Positions 37,296-45,449 of a DNA stretch of 64,000 nucleotides are shown here, piece by piece. The stretch comes from an uncultured Dehalococcoidia bacterium (GTDB lineage: Bacteria > Chloroflexota > Dehalococcoidia > Lucifugimonadales > UBA826). Made by a program: the position numbers and the translations under genes. Under the pieces are notes generated by a model. The model worked only from the letters and a program-made list of their open reading frames with translations, was not told the DNA's origin and searched no databases. Numbering within the stretch: the first letter of the stretch is position 1; the number at the start of each line of letters is the position of its first letter. Location of the stretch: positions 123,384 through 187,383 of the forward strand of contig CAYPDR010000018.1 of the NCBI GenBank assembly GCA_964409595.1, given 5' to 3'.

Positions 37296-38159
37296 ATGCA
37301 AAAAAAATTCATTCGATCTGATGTTGATAATGGAGTTCTCACAGTAACTATGCACGACCCGAAAACTCACAATGCGATCGGACTTGAGATGATGGAGGAA
37401 CTAGAACATGAACTCGATAGGTTAGAATCTGACAAAGGCCTAAGAGTGCTTGTGTTGACAGGTACTGACCCATCATTTTGCTCTGGCGCCAACGTTAAAA
37501 GAATGGATGAAGAACGTGAAGTTTCCGCGAAATCTCCTCTGCCAAAAGACCGTTCTCCGTGGGATGTTTTACAAGAGGAATGGGACATTCAAGCAGCCAG
37601 GGGCATGAGGGCACAAGACGAAATTGAAGGGGTCCGATATTTCCCTTTAAGGCTCCATAACCTTCAGAAACCGTCAATCGCGGCCGTAAACGGTTCAGCA
37701 ATAGGCCTTGGCATGGGCATCGCCCTCTCTTGCGACATCAGATTCGCTTCTGAAAAAGCGAGATTCTCAGAGATGTTTGTTCGCAGAGGTCTAGTGCCTG
37801 CCGACGGGTCTTGTTGGCAATTGCCCCGGATGATCGGAATCTCAAACACTTTAATGCTTCAATATACTGGTGATGTGATCGACGCAATTGAAGCAGAAAA
37901 ACTCGGAATTGTTAATGATGTGGTCAGCCATGAAGACCTAATGGAGTTCTCCATGGAATTCGCATATAGGATAGCTGCTGGGGCGACATATTCCATGGCA
38001 TTAATAAAGAAGTTGGTCCACCAATCTTTGAATACAGATCTCGCAGATAGTTTAAGGTTAGCCGGCCCAGCTCAAGATTTGGCACGTCGAAGCGAGGATC
38101 ATAAGGAAGGAATAATCTCCTTCATAGAAAAACGTCCCCCCCTATTCAAGGGCAGATAA
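37296..38159 (+). CDS. enoyl-CoA hydratase/isomerase (crotonase) family protein
   Basis: VLTGTDPSFCSGANV and AVNGSAIGLGMG oxyanion-hole motifs, plus the EGIISFIEKRPP C-terminus. Confidence 0.85.
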   Translation: MQKKFIRSDVDNGVLTVTMHDPKTHNAIGLEMMEELEHELDRLESDKGLRVLVLTGTDPSFCSGANVKRMDEEREVSAKSPLPKDRSPWDVLQEEWDIQAARGMRAQDEIEGVRYFPLRLHNLQKPSIAAVNGSAIGLGMGIALSCDIRFASEKARFSEMFVRRGLVPADGSCWQLPRMIGISNTLMLQYTGDVIDAIEAEKLGIVNDVVSHEDLMEFSMEFAYRIAAGATYSMALIKKLVHQSLNTDLADSLRLAGPAQDLARRSEDHKEGIISFIEKRPPLFKGR

Positions 38160-38261
38160 CATTGGCTGGTAGGCGTGAGATTGAATTCCTGTTTACGTCC
38201 CAAGTTGCAGGCTGAGATAACGAAATTATATTGATTTTGAAAGCGGGCTTCGGATGAGTTC

Positions 38262-39107
38262 CTAAAAGGATTTCTGGCGATCAAGTTCAACCAGAAACCA
38301 ACGTACCGAATCCTCAAATGCTCCAGGGGATTCTTGATAGAACCAGTGTCCCCCTCCCTCAAGCTCTGCCAATTTGCAACCGGGTAAAGTCTCTCTCATT
38401 TTTACGGCGGTGTGGTGATCCAGAAGTTTACTCTGCCGACCCCGTATGATCACAGTCGGACATTTTACGTCACGCCATTCTGCCCATAAATCCGGCCTTT
38501 CATAAGCTTCAAGAAGTGACCGGTCTCGCTTCCAAACTCTCGCCTCTGAACTAAGACCAACTGACTTCGTCATTACCTTAGCCTGATGAAGCAGCATCTG
38601 ATGGGAAGACAGCGGCTGTCGAGTTTTCAATCTGTCTACTACAGCCTGCAATGAAGGCCACATATCCGTTTCATCATGGTATCTGTAAAGCATGTCTAAG
38701 GAATGGCTGTTAACAGAATCCGGGTCTGTATCAACAACAACTAATCCTCTAACCTTATCCGGATGACGGGCTCCATAAGTGTATACATATCTTCCCCCCG
38801 CTGAATGACCAATAAGTAACACAGAGGCCAAACCGAGGTTGGCTAATAGAATTTCCAAATCTGAAACGTAGTCATCAAACTTGTAGGAGCCATCAAGGGG
38901 GCGACCACTATCTCCATGCCCCCTGCTATCCAAACATATCACCCTGTAGTCAGATGACATAGAAGAAGCAAAACAATCCCAGCTTCGAGCACAATCCTGT
39001 AATCCGTGCATTAACACTATGGCTGGTGAATCAGGGTTCCCCCACTCTACGTATGATAGCTTAAGTCCCTCCAAAACTATGTCTTTAGTCTGGAAATCAT
39101 GTGCCAT
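38262..39107 (-). CDS. alpha/beta hydrolase
   Basis: HGLQD oxyanion region, GHSAGG nucleophile elbow and a C-terminal GGHW catalytic His. Confidence 0.85.
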   Translation of the reverse strand: MAHDFQTKDIVLEGLKLSYVEWGNPDSPAIVLMHGLQDCARSWDCFASSMSSDYRVICLDSRGHGDSGRPLDGSYKFDDYVSDLEILLANLGLASVLLIGHSAGGRYVYTYGARHPDKVRGLVVVDTDPDSVNSHSLDMLYRYHDETDMWPSLQAVVDRLKTRQPLSSHQMLLHQAKVMTKSVGLSSEARVWKRDRSLLEAYERPDLWAEWRDVKCPTVIIRGRQSKLLDHHTAVKMRETLPGCKLAELEGGGHWFYQESPGAFEDSVRWFLVELDRQKSF

Positions 39108-39110
39108 GAT

Positions 39111-39791
39111 TCAGTCAAAGTCCCTATAAGCTTCCAAATTCTCTCCGGTCAACCCATTTGGGTTACTCTCTCCTTCTACCAATCGTCGAGTCCATAGTCC
39201 TAAACGTTCATTACTCAAGGCTCCAACCCATCTTCCTATAACCTTCCCGTCACCGGCGATGAAAAATGACACCGGCAGCCCAGTAACGCCATAATCCACT
39301 GTGATCCTACCTCCTAGATCTATAACGTTTGGGAAAGTAACGCCAACCTCCGCCAAGTATAATTCTGCGTCCTCTTCCTCATCTTGCACATTAACCCCAA
39401 GGATAGTAATGCCGTCTTCCTTATGTTCCTTCCAGATATTTTCGAGACCCGGCATCTCTTTTCTGCAAGGGGGGCACCATGAGGACCAAAAGTTCACAAT
39501 TAGAGGGTCACCAAGATAATCATCCAGCTCCGAAAACCCGCCACCTATCAAAGGGGCGGTGAACGCAGGTGCCTGCTGCCCTACGAGTTCCTTGCCACTT
39601 CTTCCGGTAACGCTGGACTTGCTTAATAATCCTGTGCTAAGAAGCCCTGCAAACACCACAATTATAATCGCAAGCACGAGAATAAACGTTGCTTTCCTTA
39701 AACCATCACCTCGGCTTATCCTCTCAACCATATTGCTACAACCCAAACGAACTAAACCAACGCAAATTTCACTCTGATCATCAAATTGCAC
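39111..39791 (-). CDS. TlpA/ResA-family membrane-anchored thiol:disulfide oxidoreductase
   Basis: N-terminal TM anchor followed by NFWSSWCPPCRKEMP (WCxxC thioredoxin motif). An alternative start at 39731 is possible. Confidence 0.8.
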   Translation of the reverse strand: MQFDDQSEICVGLVRLGCSNMVERISRGDGLRKATFILVLAIIIVVFAGLLSTGLLSKSSVTGRSGKELVGQQAPAFTAPLIGGGFSELDDYLGDPLIVNFWSSWCPPCRKEMPGLENIWKEHKEDGITILGVNVQDEEEDAELYLAEVGVTFPNVIDLGGRITVDYGVTGLPVSFFIAGDGKVIGRWVGALSNERLGLWTRRLVEGESNPNGLTGENLEAYRDFD

Positions 39792-39910
39792 ACTCCCACT
39801 CTAAAAACGTCAGAAACTTAACCGGTACGACAGATTCCAATCCACGTCTCAACCTACGTTGATAATGAGACGGAAAGTGCTAGATTTTTCCTTATCTTTA
39901 GGAATATTAA

Positions 39911-41551
39911 CTAAAAGGACGACCGCCTTGCTTCCAAGTTTGAATGAACATCTATGAGAACAGTTTTTCCGCTAGCATTAAGCTCTTTCGCTTGTTGAAG
40001 CGCATCAGCCACTTCCTCGGGTTTAGTAACTGTTATACCCACAGCACCCATACCCTCCGCTATTTTCGCATAATCGCCAGTCATATACGTAGTACCAAAA
40101 GATTCTCTGGCTGTCGGATAACCGCCGGGATAAGTTGCCATACCTCCATTGTTCAAAACAACCGTGGTAATAGGGGCTCCCGCCCTTACAGAAGTCTCAA
40201 TATCCAGCCCTGACATCCCGAAAGCTCCATCCCCCATAAAGTTTAGACAGAATTTGTCAGGACAAGCCATTTTCACTCCTGTCATGAGAGGTATCCCGTA
40301 CCCCAGGTGAGTGGTTTTACCCCAACCAACATAGCTGTGTGGAACTGTACCAGGATAGAATGGCATGATCATATCCCTCGGCGCGCCCGCATCGTGGGTA
40401 ACAATGCTATTCTCCTGGTCGAGAACTTTAACCATCTCTCCAATAACCCTATATCCACTGATCGGAACTTCATCGGTCGACAAAACGGCGGCCCAGTCAG
40501 CCATCCATTCGTCATGTACAGCTTTGATCTCCGATGCTATATTCGTAGAACCTTTTCTTCCCTCAGGTCCCAGTTGAGACTTCGTCTCTTCTATCAACAT
40601 CTGCAAAGTGATTTTAGCGTCACCTATCAAGCCACAGTCAACACTAAAATCTTTATTGAGGTCAGCGACAGTCTCAGTATTGTGTATTATGACCTTGCCG
40701 TCAGGAATTGGCTGCCCATAACTTGTTCTAGACATACTCGATCCCACCGCAAATAAAACATCAGAGTCCTGCAGCCAATTTCGTGCCTCTTGAGAAGTAG
40801 CGCCACTTCCAGATCCCAATGAAAGTGGGTGCCGTTGATCGAATCCCGATTTCCCTGGCATCGTGCAATAGACCGGAACCTCTATCAACTCCGCAAATTC
40901 CGTAAGTTCTGGTGAGGCCCCTGCCATTAATACACCCATTCCAGACCATATAACGGGCTTTTTTGCCGATATTAGAAGTTCAACCGCTTGCTTCACATCC
41001 ATCAAGGAAGGCGCAAACCTATGTCTTCTCGGCGGAACATACGTTGCAATTACACCGTCAGCTACTTCCATATCTCCCACGTCAGCCGGAATCTCAACAA
41101 TAACAGGTCCTGGTCTTCCATTTCTCAAGGCATGAAAGGCTCTTCTCATCACCGCTACTACTTGATCAGGCTGAAAAACAACCTCCGCCGAAACAGAGAC
41201 TGATTCATAGGTTCTCGCTGGCGAAAAATTCGGCTTGACCGACCTAGCACTTACAGCTGGACCCCCTGGCAGATAAAGTATAGGCACATTGTCAGCGTAA
41301 GCTTGCGCCAAACCACCCATGGTATTCTCAGAACCAGGCCCACCTTGTGTTATAAGAACACCAAACTCTTCTCGGTTACGCATTCGGCTAAAGCCATCAA
41401 CTGCCATCGCGGCGCCGCGCTCCTGCCGAAACATTATCGGATTTATTCCCGCTTCTGCTACTGCCTCTATAAGGTTGTTGGACGGAAAGCATCCCGCCCA
41501 TTCGACCCCTTCTTGTTTCAAAATGCGAGCTACAGCATCGATTACTTTCAT
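39911..41551 (-). CDS. thiamine pyrophosphate-dependent enzyme (acetolactate synthase-like family)
   Basis: 546 aa. N-terminal Pyr domain (QERGAAMAVDGFSR, GPGSENT) and C-terminal TPP motif GDGAFGMSG...NNGG. Confidence 0.85.
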   Translation of the reverse strand: MKVIDAVARILKQEGVEWAGCFPSNNLIEAVAEAGINPIMFRQERGAAMAVDGFSRMRNREEFGVLITQGGPGSENTMGGLAQAYADNVPILYLPGGPAVSARSVKPNFSPARTYESVSVSAEVVFQPDQVVAVMRRAFHALRNGRPGPVIVEIPADVGDMEVADGVIATYVPPRRHRFAPSLMDVKQAVELLISAKKPVIWSGMGVLMAGASPELTEFAELIEVPVYCTMPGKSGFDQRHPLSLGSGSGATSQEARNWLQDSDVLFAVGSSMSRTSYGQPIPDGKVIIHNTETVADLNKDFSVDCGLIGDAKITLQMLIEETKSQLGPEGRKGSTNIASEIKAVHDEWMADWAAVLSTDEVPISGYRVIGEMVKVLDQENSIVTHDAGAPRDMIMPFYPGTVPHSYVGWGKTTHLGYGIPLMTGVKMACPDKFCLNFMGDGAFGMSGLDIETSVRAGAPITTVVLNNGGMATYPGGYPTARESFGTTYMTGDYAKIAEGMGAVGITVTKPEEVADALQQAKELNASGKTVLIDVHSNLEARRSSF

Positions 41552-41643
41552 GAATTCACGTCCTCTACTCTTATTGACACATCAAAAATAAAATCAACAC
41601 GCCTCCCTGGAGACCAACTAGGCATGAGACGAAAGCCCGGCAC

Positions 41644-41672
41644 ATTGTAATTTGCTAACTTCACATAATCAA
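41644..41672 (-). promoter_or_regulatory. sigma-70-type promoter: TTGATT - 17 nt - TACAAT, upstream of the TPP-dependent enzyme
   Basis: Minus strand: TTGATT (rc of 41667-41672) and TACAAT (rc of 41644-41649). The implied leader to ATG 41551 is about 85 nt. Confidence 0.45.
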
Positions 41673-42197
41673 CCTGACAGCCACATCCGATTAACATTCA
41701 AGATCCTAACCCTAGACGGCAGAAAATATCTTTATGGTAGCATCGTCATAAGGAAAGAGTTGGAAGTAATATATGTCGCAGATTCCCAAAAAGATACTAG
41801 CCCTATAAAATACCGATATGGTCGTTGATATATCGACTGTGGGGAGAAAATCTAAAAACCCGCATCGTATAGAAATCTGGGCGCATTAACATTGGAGGGC
41901 GAATCTTCATCGCCTCTCATCCAGGTAGAAGAGATTGGTACGCAAATTTAATGTCTTGCCCAAATTTTTCATTACATTTAAAAGATGCGATCGTTACAGA
42001 CCCGCATGCGGTCCGCACGTAAGATCTCTGACAGTGACGAAAGATACGAGATTTTCGACAGCATAAGAAAAAATACTTCATTTACAGAAAGAATCCATAT
42101 GACAATAGATGAATGGGTGGCATCAAGTTGCCTTGTAGAAGTTTCCGCCGAAAACGGCGAGTTGCCCCAAGCCTGATAAGGAGCAGTTAGACATCTA

Positions 42198-42938
42198 TTG
42201 TTAATAGGAACAGAAATACATCATATTATCGAAACAGGCTCCACAATGGACGATTGTCGAGTCTTGGCAAAGCAAGGAGCTCCTGAAGGAACGGTGGTGT
42301 CTGCCAATTTTCAGGGCAGGGGACGTGGGCGTTTTAAACGAACTTGGGTATCCCCACCAGGGGAAAATATTCAAATTTCAGTGCTGGTGAGACCACGATT
42401 ATCACATCTGTGTTACCTAAATATGGCAGCAACACTGGCAATTTCAGAGACTGCACTAATGATCACAAGTCACATCAACGATATAAAATGGCCTAATGAT
42501 GTTCAAATCAACGGGAAAAAGCTTTCCGGTATTTTAATAGAATCTGAAATATCAGGCAGTATAGTAGACTTTGCGATAATAGGAATAGGATTGAACGTAA
42601 ACTTGGACCCAGGGGAACACTTAGAAATATCCGGTACTTCAACAAGTTTAAAAGAGGTTGCTGGCACAACTATAAGCCGATCGTATACGTTACATTTCCT
42701 ATTAGAAAGACTGGATTTCTACTACCGTCAGATTCTTGAGGGAAAGTCCCTCACCTCTCAGTGGCAATCAAAGATTAATACCATCGGAAAAGAGATTACG
42801 TTGTCTTTTCCTGAGGCAGGAAAGGAACAGATCAAAGGAACAGCAAATTCTATTAATGAAGATGGTTCCTTAGTCGTGAAGAAGAGTGACGGTTCTATAT
42901 TCAATGCAGTCGCGGGAGAAGTCACGCTTCAAGAGTGA
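42198..42938 (+). CDS. birA: biotin--[acetyl-CoA-carboxylase] ligase, group I (no N-terminal HTH)
   Basis: GSTMD, QGRGRGRFKRTWVSPPGENI (the GRGRxGRxWxSPxG motif) and KWPNDV. TTG start. Too short to contain a repressor HTH domain. Confidence 0.85.
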   Translation: MLIGTEIHHIIETGSTMDDCRVLAKQGAPEGTVVSANFQGRGRGRFKRTWVSPPGENIQISVLVRPRLSHLCYLNMAATLAISETALMITSHINDIKWPNDVQINGKKLSGILIESEISGSIVDFAIIGIGLNVNLDPGEHLEISGTSTSLKEVAGTTISRSYTLHFLLERLDFYYRQILEGKSLTSQWQSKINTIGKEITLSFPEAGKEQIKGTANSINEDGSLVVKKSDGSIFNAVAGEVTLQE

Positions 42939-43188
42939 AATCAAGCGGGTCTCGAGCGCGGAGGTGGCTTTTCATGGAGATGCTGCTACGTTACAAAACC
43001 GGGAGTTACGAAGTAGCTTGCATATCCATCTATGTTAGATAATCAAACGGAACTCTCCTCAGGTTACTGTCAAAAACAACCAGGAAACAGAGAACAACAA
43101 TTAAACGATTACTATTTCACGAAGATGTATGCATTCACTGCCTATATGTGCTCAATCATGCTCGACAAGCCAATAACGGGTGAACCCT

Positions 43189-43458
43189 CTAAGCGAGAAT
43201 CTTTTCTATTCCAACTCTTATAAGATGTAGCAACAACAAGGCTACAATCGGAGAAAAGTCAAACATGCCGGTCCGTGGGAGAATCTTCCTGATGGGCCCC
43301 AACACTGGTTCTGTAATAGCATATATAAAACGAAGTATCGGCAGAATGGGACTTCCCGGCCCAACCCTGATCCAAGAGACAAGCACTCTTCCTAAAATAG
43401 CAAAATATAAGACGGTGGTAAGAATGCTGAAGAAATATCCTACAAATTCCAATCCCAA
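43189..43458 (-). CDS. yggT: YggT family membrane protein
   Basis: 89 aa with two TM segments. EPVLGPIRKILP...FDFSPIVALLLL is typical YggT/Ycf19. Confidence 0.75.
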   Translation of the reverse strand: MGLEFVGYFFSILTTVLYFAILGRVLVSWIRVGPGSPILPILRFIYAITEPVLGPIRKILPRTGMFDFSPIVALLLLHLIRVGIEKILA

Positions 43459-43463
43459 CTTTA

Positions 43464-44261
43464 TCAGCCCAGCTCTTTAGATCTATTGAAAGCAGCACGT
43501 ACTCCGTTAGTCACCGCAGATCTGAATCCTGACTTCTCCATTGAAGTCAATCCCTCAATAGTTGTGCCACCAGGAGATGTAACCATGTCTTTTAGAACGG
43601 CCGGATGATCTCCTGTTTGCTTCACGAGTTCTGCACTACCTAGGATAGTTTGCAAGGAGAGTTTACGTGCCATATCACGTGGCATTCCCAAATAGACTCC
43701 CGCATCAATTAAAGATTCAATAAACAAAAAAACATAGGCGGGTCCGCTCGCGCTCAAACCCGTCGCCATATCTATATACCCTTCATTCTCAACATAATAC
43801 TCTTCGCCAAGAGTCCTCAAAATTTGTGATATGGTCGATCGGTCGGCATCGGGCACCCTGTTCGAAGCGGTCCACACTGACATTCCCATGCCTATCTGGG
43901 CCGGCGTGTTGGGCATGACACGTATTAGGGATTCATGGGAAAGGCCGTTTCTAATAGTCTCCATAGTCGCCCCGGCAACGATGGAAACAACCGATCTTTG
44001 TTCTTTTATCTTGTCTTTGAAATCGGAAAATATCTGCGGTAAAGTCTGCGGCTTCACGGCCAAAACCAGAAGTTCATCACCACCAACAAGCGCGATATTC
44101 ATCTCAACCGTTTTTATACCAAACTCAGCTTCTAAATAAATCCTTCTTGCCGAGACCGGCTCACTAACAATGATCTCACCAGGCGTAGCTATACCAGCCT
44201 TTATTATTCCTTTGATTAAAGCCTCCGCCATCACCCCACCGCCCACAAACGATATAGTCAT
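43464..44261 (-). CDS. proC: pyrroline-5-carboxylate reductase
   Basis: ISFVGGGVMAEAL Rossmann motif, RVMPNTPA, and the C-terminal SPGGTTIEGL signature. Confidence 0.9.
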   Translation of the reverse strand: MTISFVGGGVMAEALIKGIIKAGIATPGEIIVSEPVSARRIYLEAEFGIKTVEMNIALVGGDELLVLAVKPQTLPQIFSDFKDKIKEQRSVVSIVAGATMETIRNGLSHESLIRVMPNTPAQIGMGMSVWTASNRVPDADRSTISQILRTLGEEYYVENEGYIDMATGLSASGPAYVFLFIESLIDAGVYLGMPRDMARKLSLQTILGSAELVKQTGDHPAVLKDMVTSPGGTTIEGLTSMEKSGFRSAVTNGVRAAFNRSKELG

Positions 44262-44304
44262 AGACTCACCTTAAAGTTCACGTATCCATCCTAGCCACAA
44301 TTTC

Positions 44305-45309
44305 TTAGGGTAGGATTTTTTTACTAGCGACCGACACAGCGACTTTAATTGACTCCATCATACTAATGTGATCAGCCACTCCTTTCCCCGCAATGTCAAA
44401 AGCAGTCCCATGATCCACTGAAGTTCGAACAAATGGAAGTCCTAAATTGACACTCACGCTGCGTTGCCAGTCATGTACTTTAATAGGAATGTGTCCCTGA
44501 TCATGGTACATAGCCAAGCATACATCAAACTTACCATCAATGTTTTGGTTGAACACAGTATCCGCCGGCACAGGCCCCGTTGCATCAATACCCATAGATT
44601 TCGCTTCTGCCACCGCCGGAGCTATTTGTTTGGCCTCCTCATCCCCAAGTAGGCCGCCATCACTTGCATGCGGGTTTAATGACGAAACCCCTATTCGAGG
44701 TTTTCCCCATCCCCATCGCTTAAAATGTACATCAGTCAGTACTATCTTAGCCAGAACATTGGAATAGGTAACATAGTCACATGCAATCCGAAGTGAACGA
44801 TGAGTAGTTAGGTGGACCACTCTCAAGGATCTCGCCATAAGCATGGTGGCAACTTCTTTAGCACCGGTCTGCCTCTGAAAAATCTCCATGTGGCCGATAT
44901 CTTTGTGCCCGGCCAAATTACAAGCCTCTTTATTAATGGGGGCTGTACTTATCGCTTGAATTGCACCTGAAGCGGCGAGGTCACCCGCTTTGAGTATCCA
45001 TTCTATAGAGGCCTGACCGGAGGCTGCTGAGATCTTTCCAAATTTAATTTCGTCAAAATCCAAATTGTTTAGATCTAGTACATCTACAATTCCATATTCC
45101 CCATTGATTCCCTCTAAACTACTAACAGAACGAACAGAAACATCGGAGCCAATCATTTTCAGTGCACTATTCATAGCATCAGTGTTGCCGATTACAAACG
45201 GACGACAGCCTTCATAAATTGATTTATCTAGCAGAGCTTTGGCCGTAACCTCCGGTCCAATTCCGGCTGCATCCCCCATAGTTATGGCAAGAAATGGTCT
45301 TGAAATCAT
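44305..45309 (-). CDS. pdxA: 4-hydroxythreonine-4-phosphate dehydrogenase family (PdxA/PdxA2)
   Basis: ITMGDAAGIGPE, TAPINK, HLTTH, LNPHASDGG, YHDQG and TSVDHGTAFD are PdxA-family metal and NAD motifs. Confidence 0.8.
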   Translation of the reverse strand: MISRPFLAITMGDAAGIGPEVTAKALLDKSIYEGCRPFVIGNTDAMNSALKMIGSDVSVRSVSSLEGINGEYGIVDVLDLNNLDFDEIKFGKISAASGQASIEWILKAGDLAASGAIQAISTAPINKEACNLAGHKDIGHMEIFQRQTGAKEVATMLMARSLRVVHLTTHRSLRIACDYVTYSNVLAKIVLTDVHFKRWGWGKPRIGVSSLNPHASDGGLLGDEEAKQIAPAVAEAKSMGIDATGPVPADTVFNQNIDGKFDVCLAMYHDQGHIPIKVHDWQRSVSVNLGLPFVRTSVDHGTAFDIAGKGVADHISMMESIKVAVSVASKKILP

Positions 45310-45449
45310 TCAGAAGTCTCCAAAAATTGTTATCTGCATCTACCGTTATAGCCTGAAATATTTCACACATTCAGATTACTAATTATAGATACGAAAGTAT
45401 AGTCAATTAATTAATGGCTACTGATTACGACAACTCTCTCCCAAAACAC

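Noticed and set aside
41552-41643. Possible TPP riboswitch in the leader of the TPP-dependent enzyme.
   Set aside because: The leader lacks the conserved CUGAGA and ACCUGAUCUGGAUAAUGCCAGCG-type cores on either strand. TPP riboswitches also regulate thiamine biosynthesis and transport genes, not TPP-using enzymes.
42002-42011. Perfect palindrome CCGCATGCGG in the birA upstream gap, as a candidate operator.
   Set aside because: A 10-bp palindrome has the same chance expectation as above. The BirA encoded here lacks a DNA-binding domain, so no bioO-type operator is expected.
41985-42176. 63-aa ORF in the long gap upstream of birA.
   Set aside because: It has no Shine-Dalgarno or -10 box in the right place, its composition is unremarkable and I recognise no family. 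The gap is kept as a finding instead.
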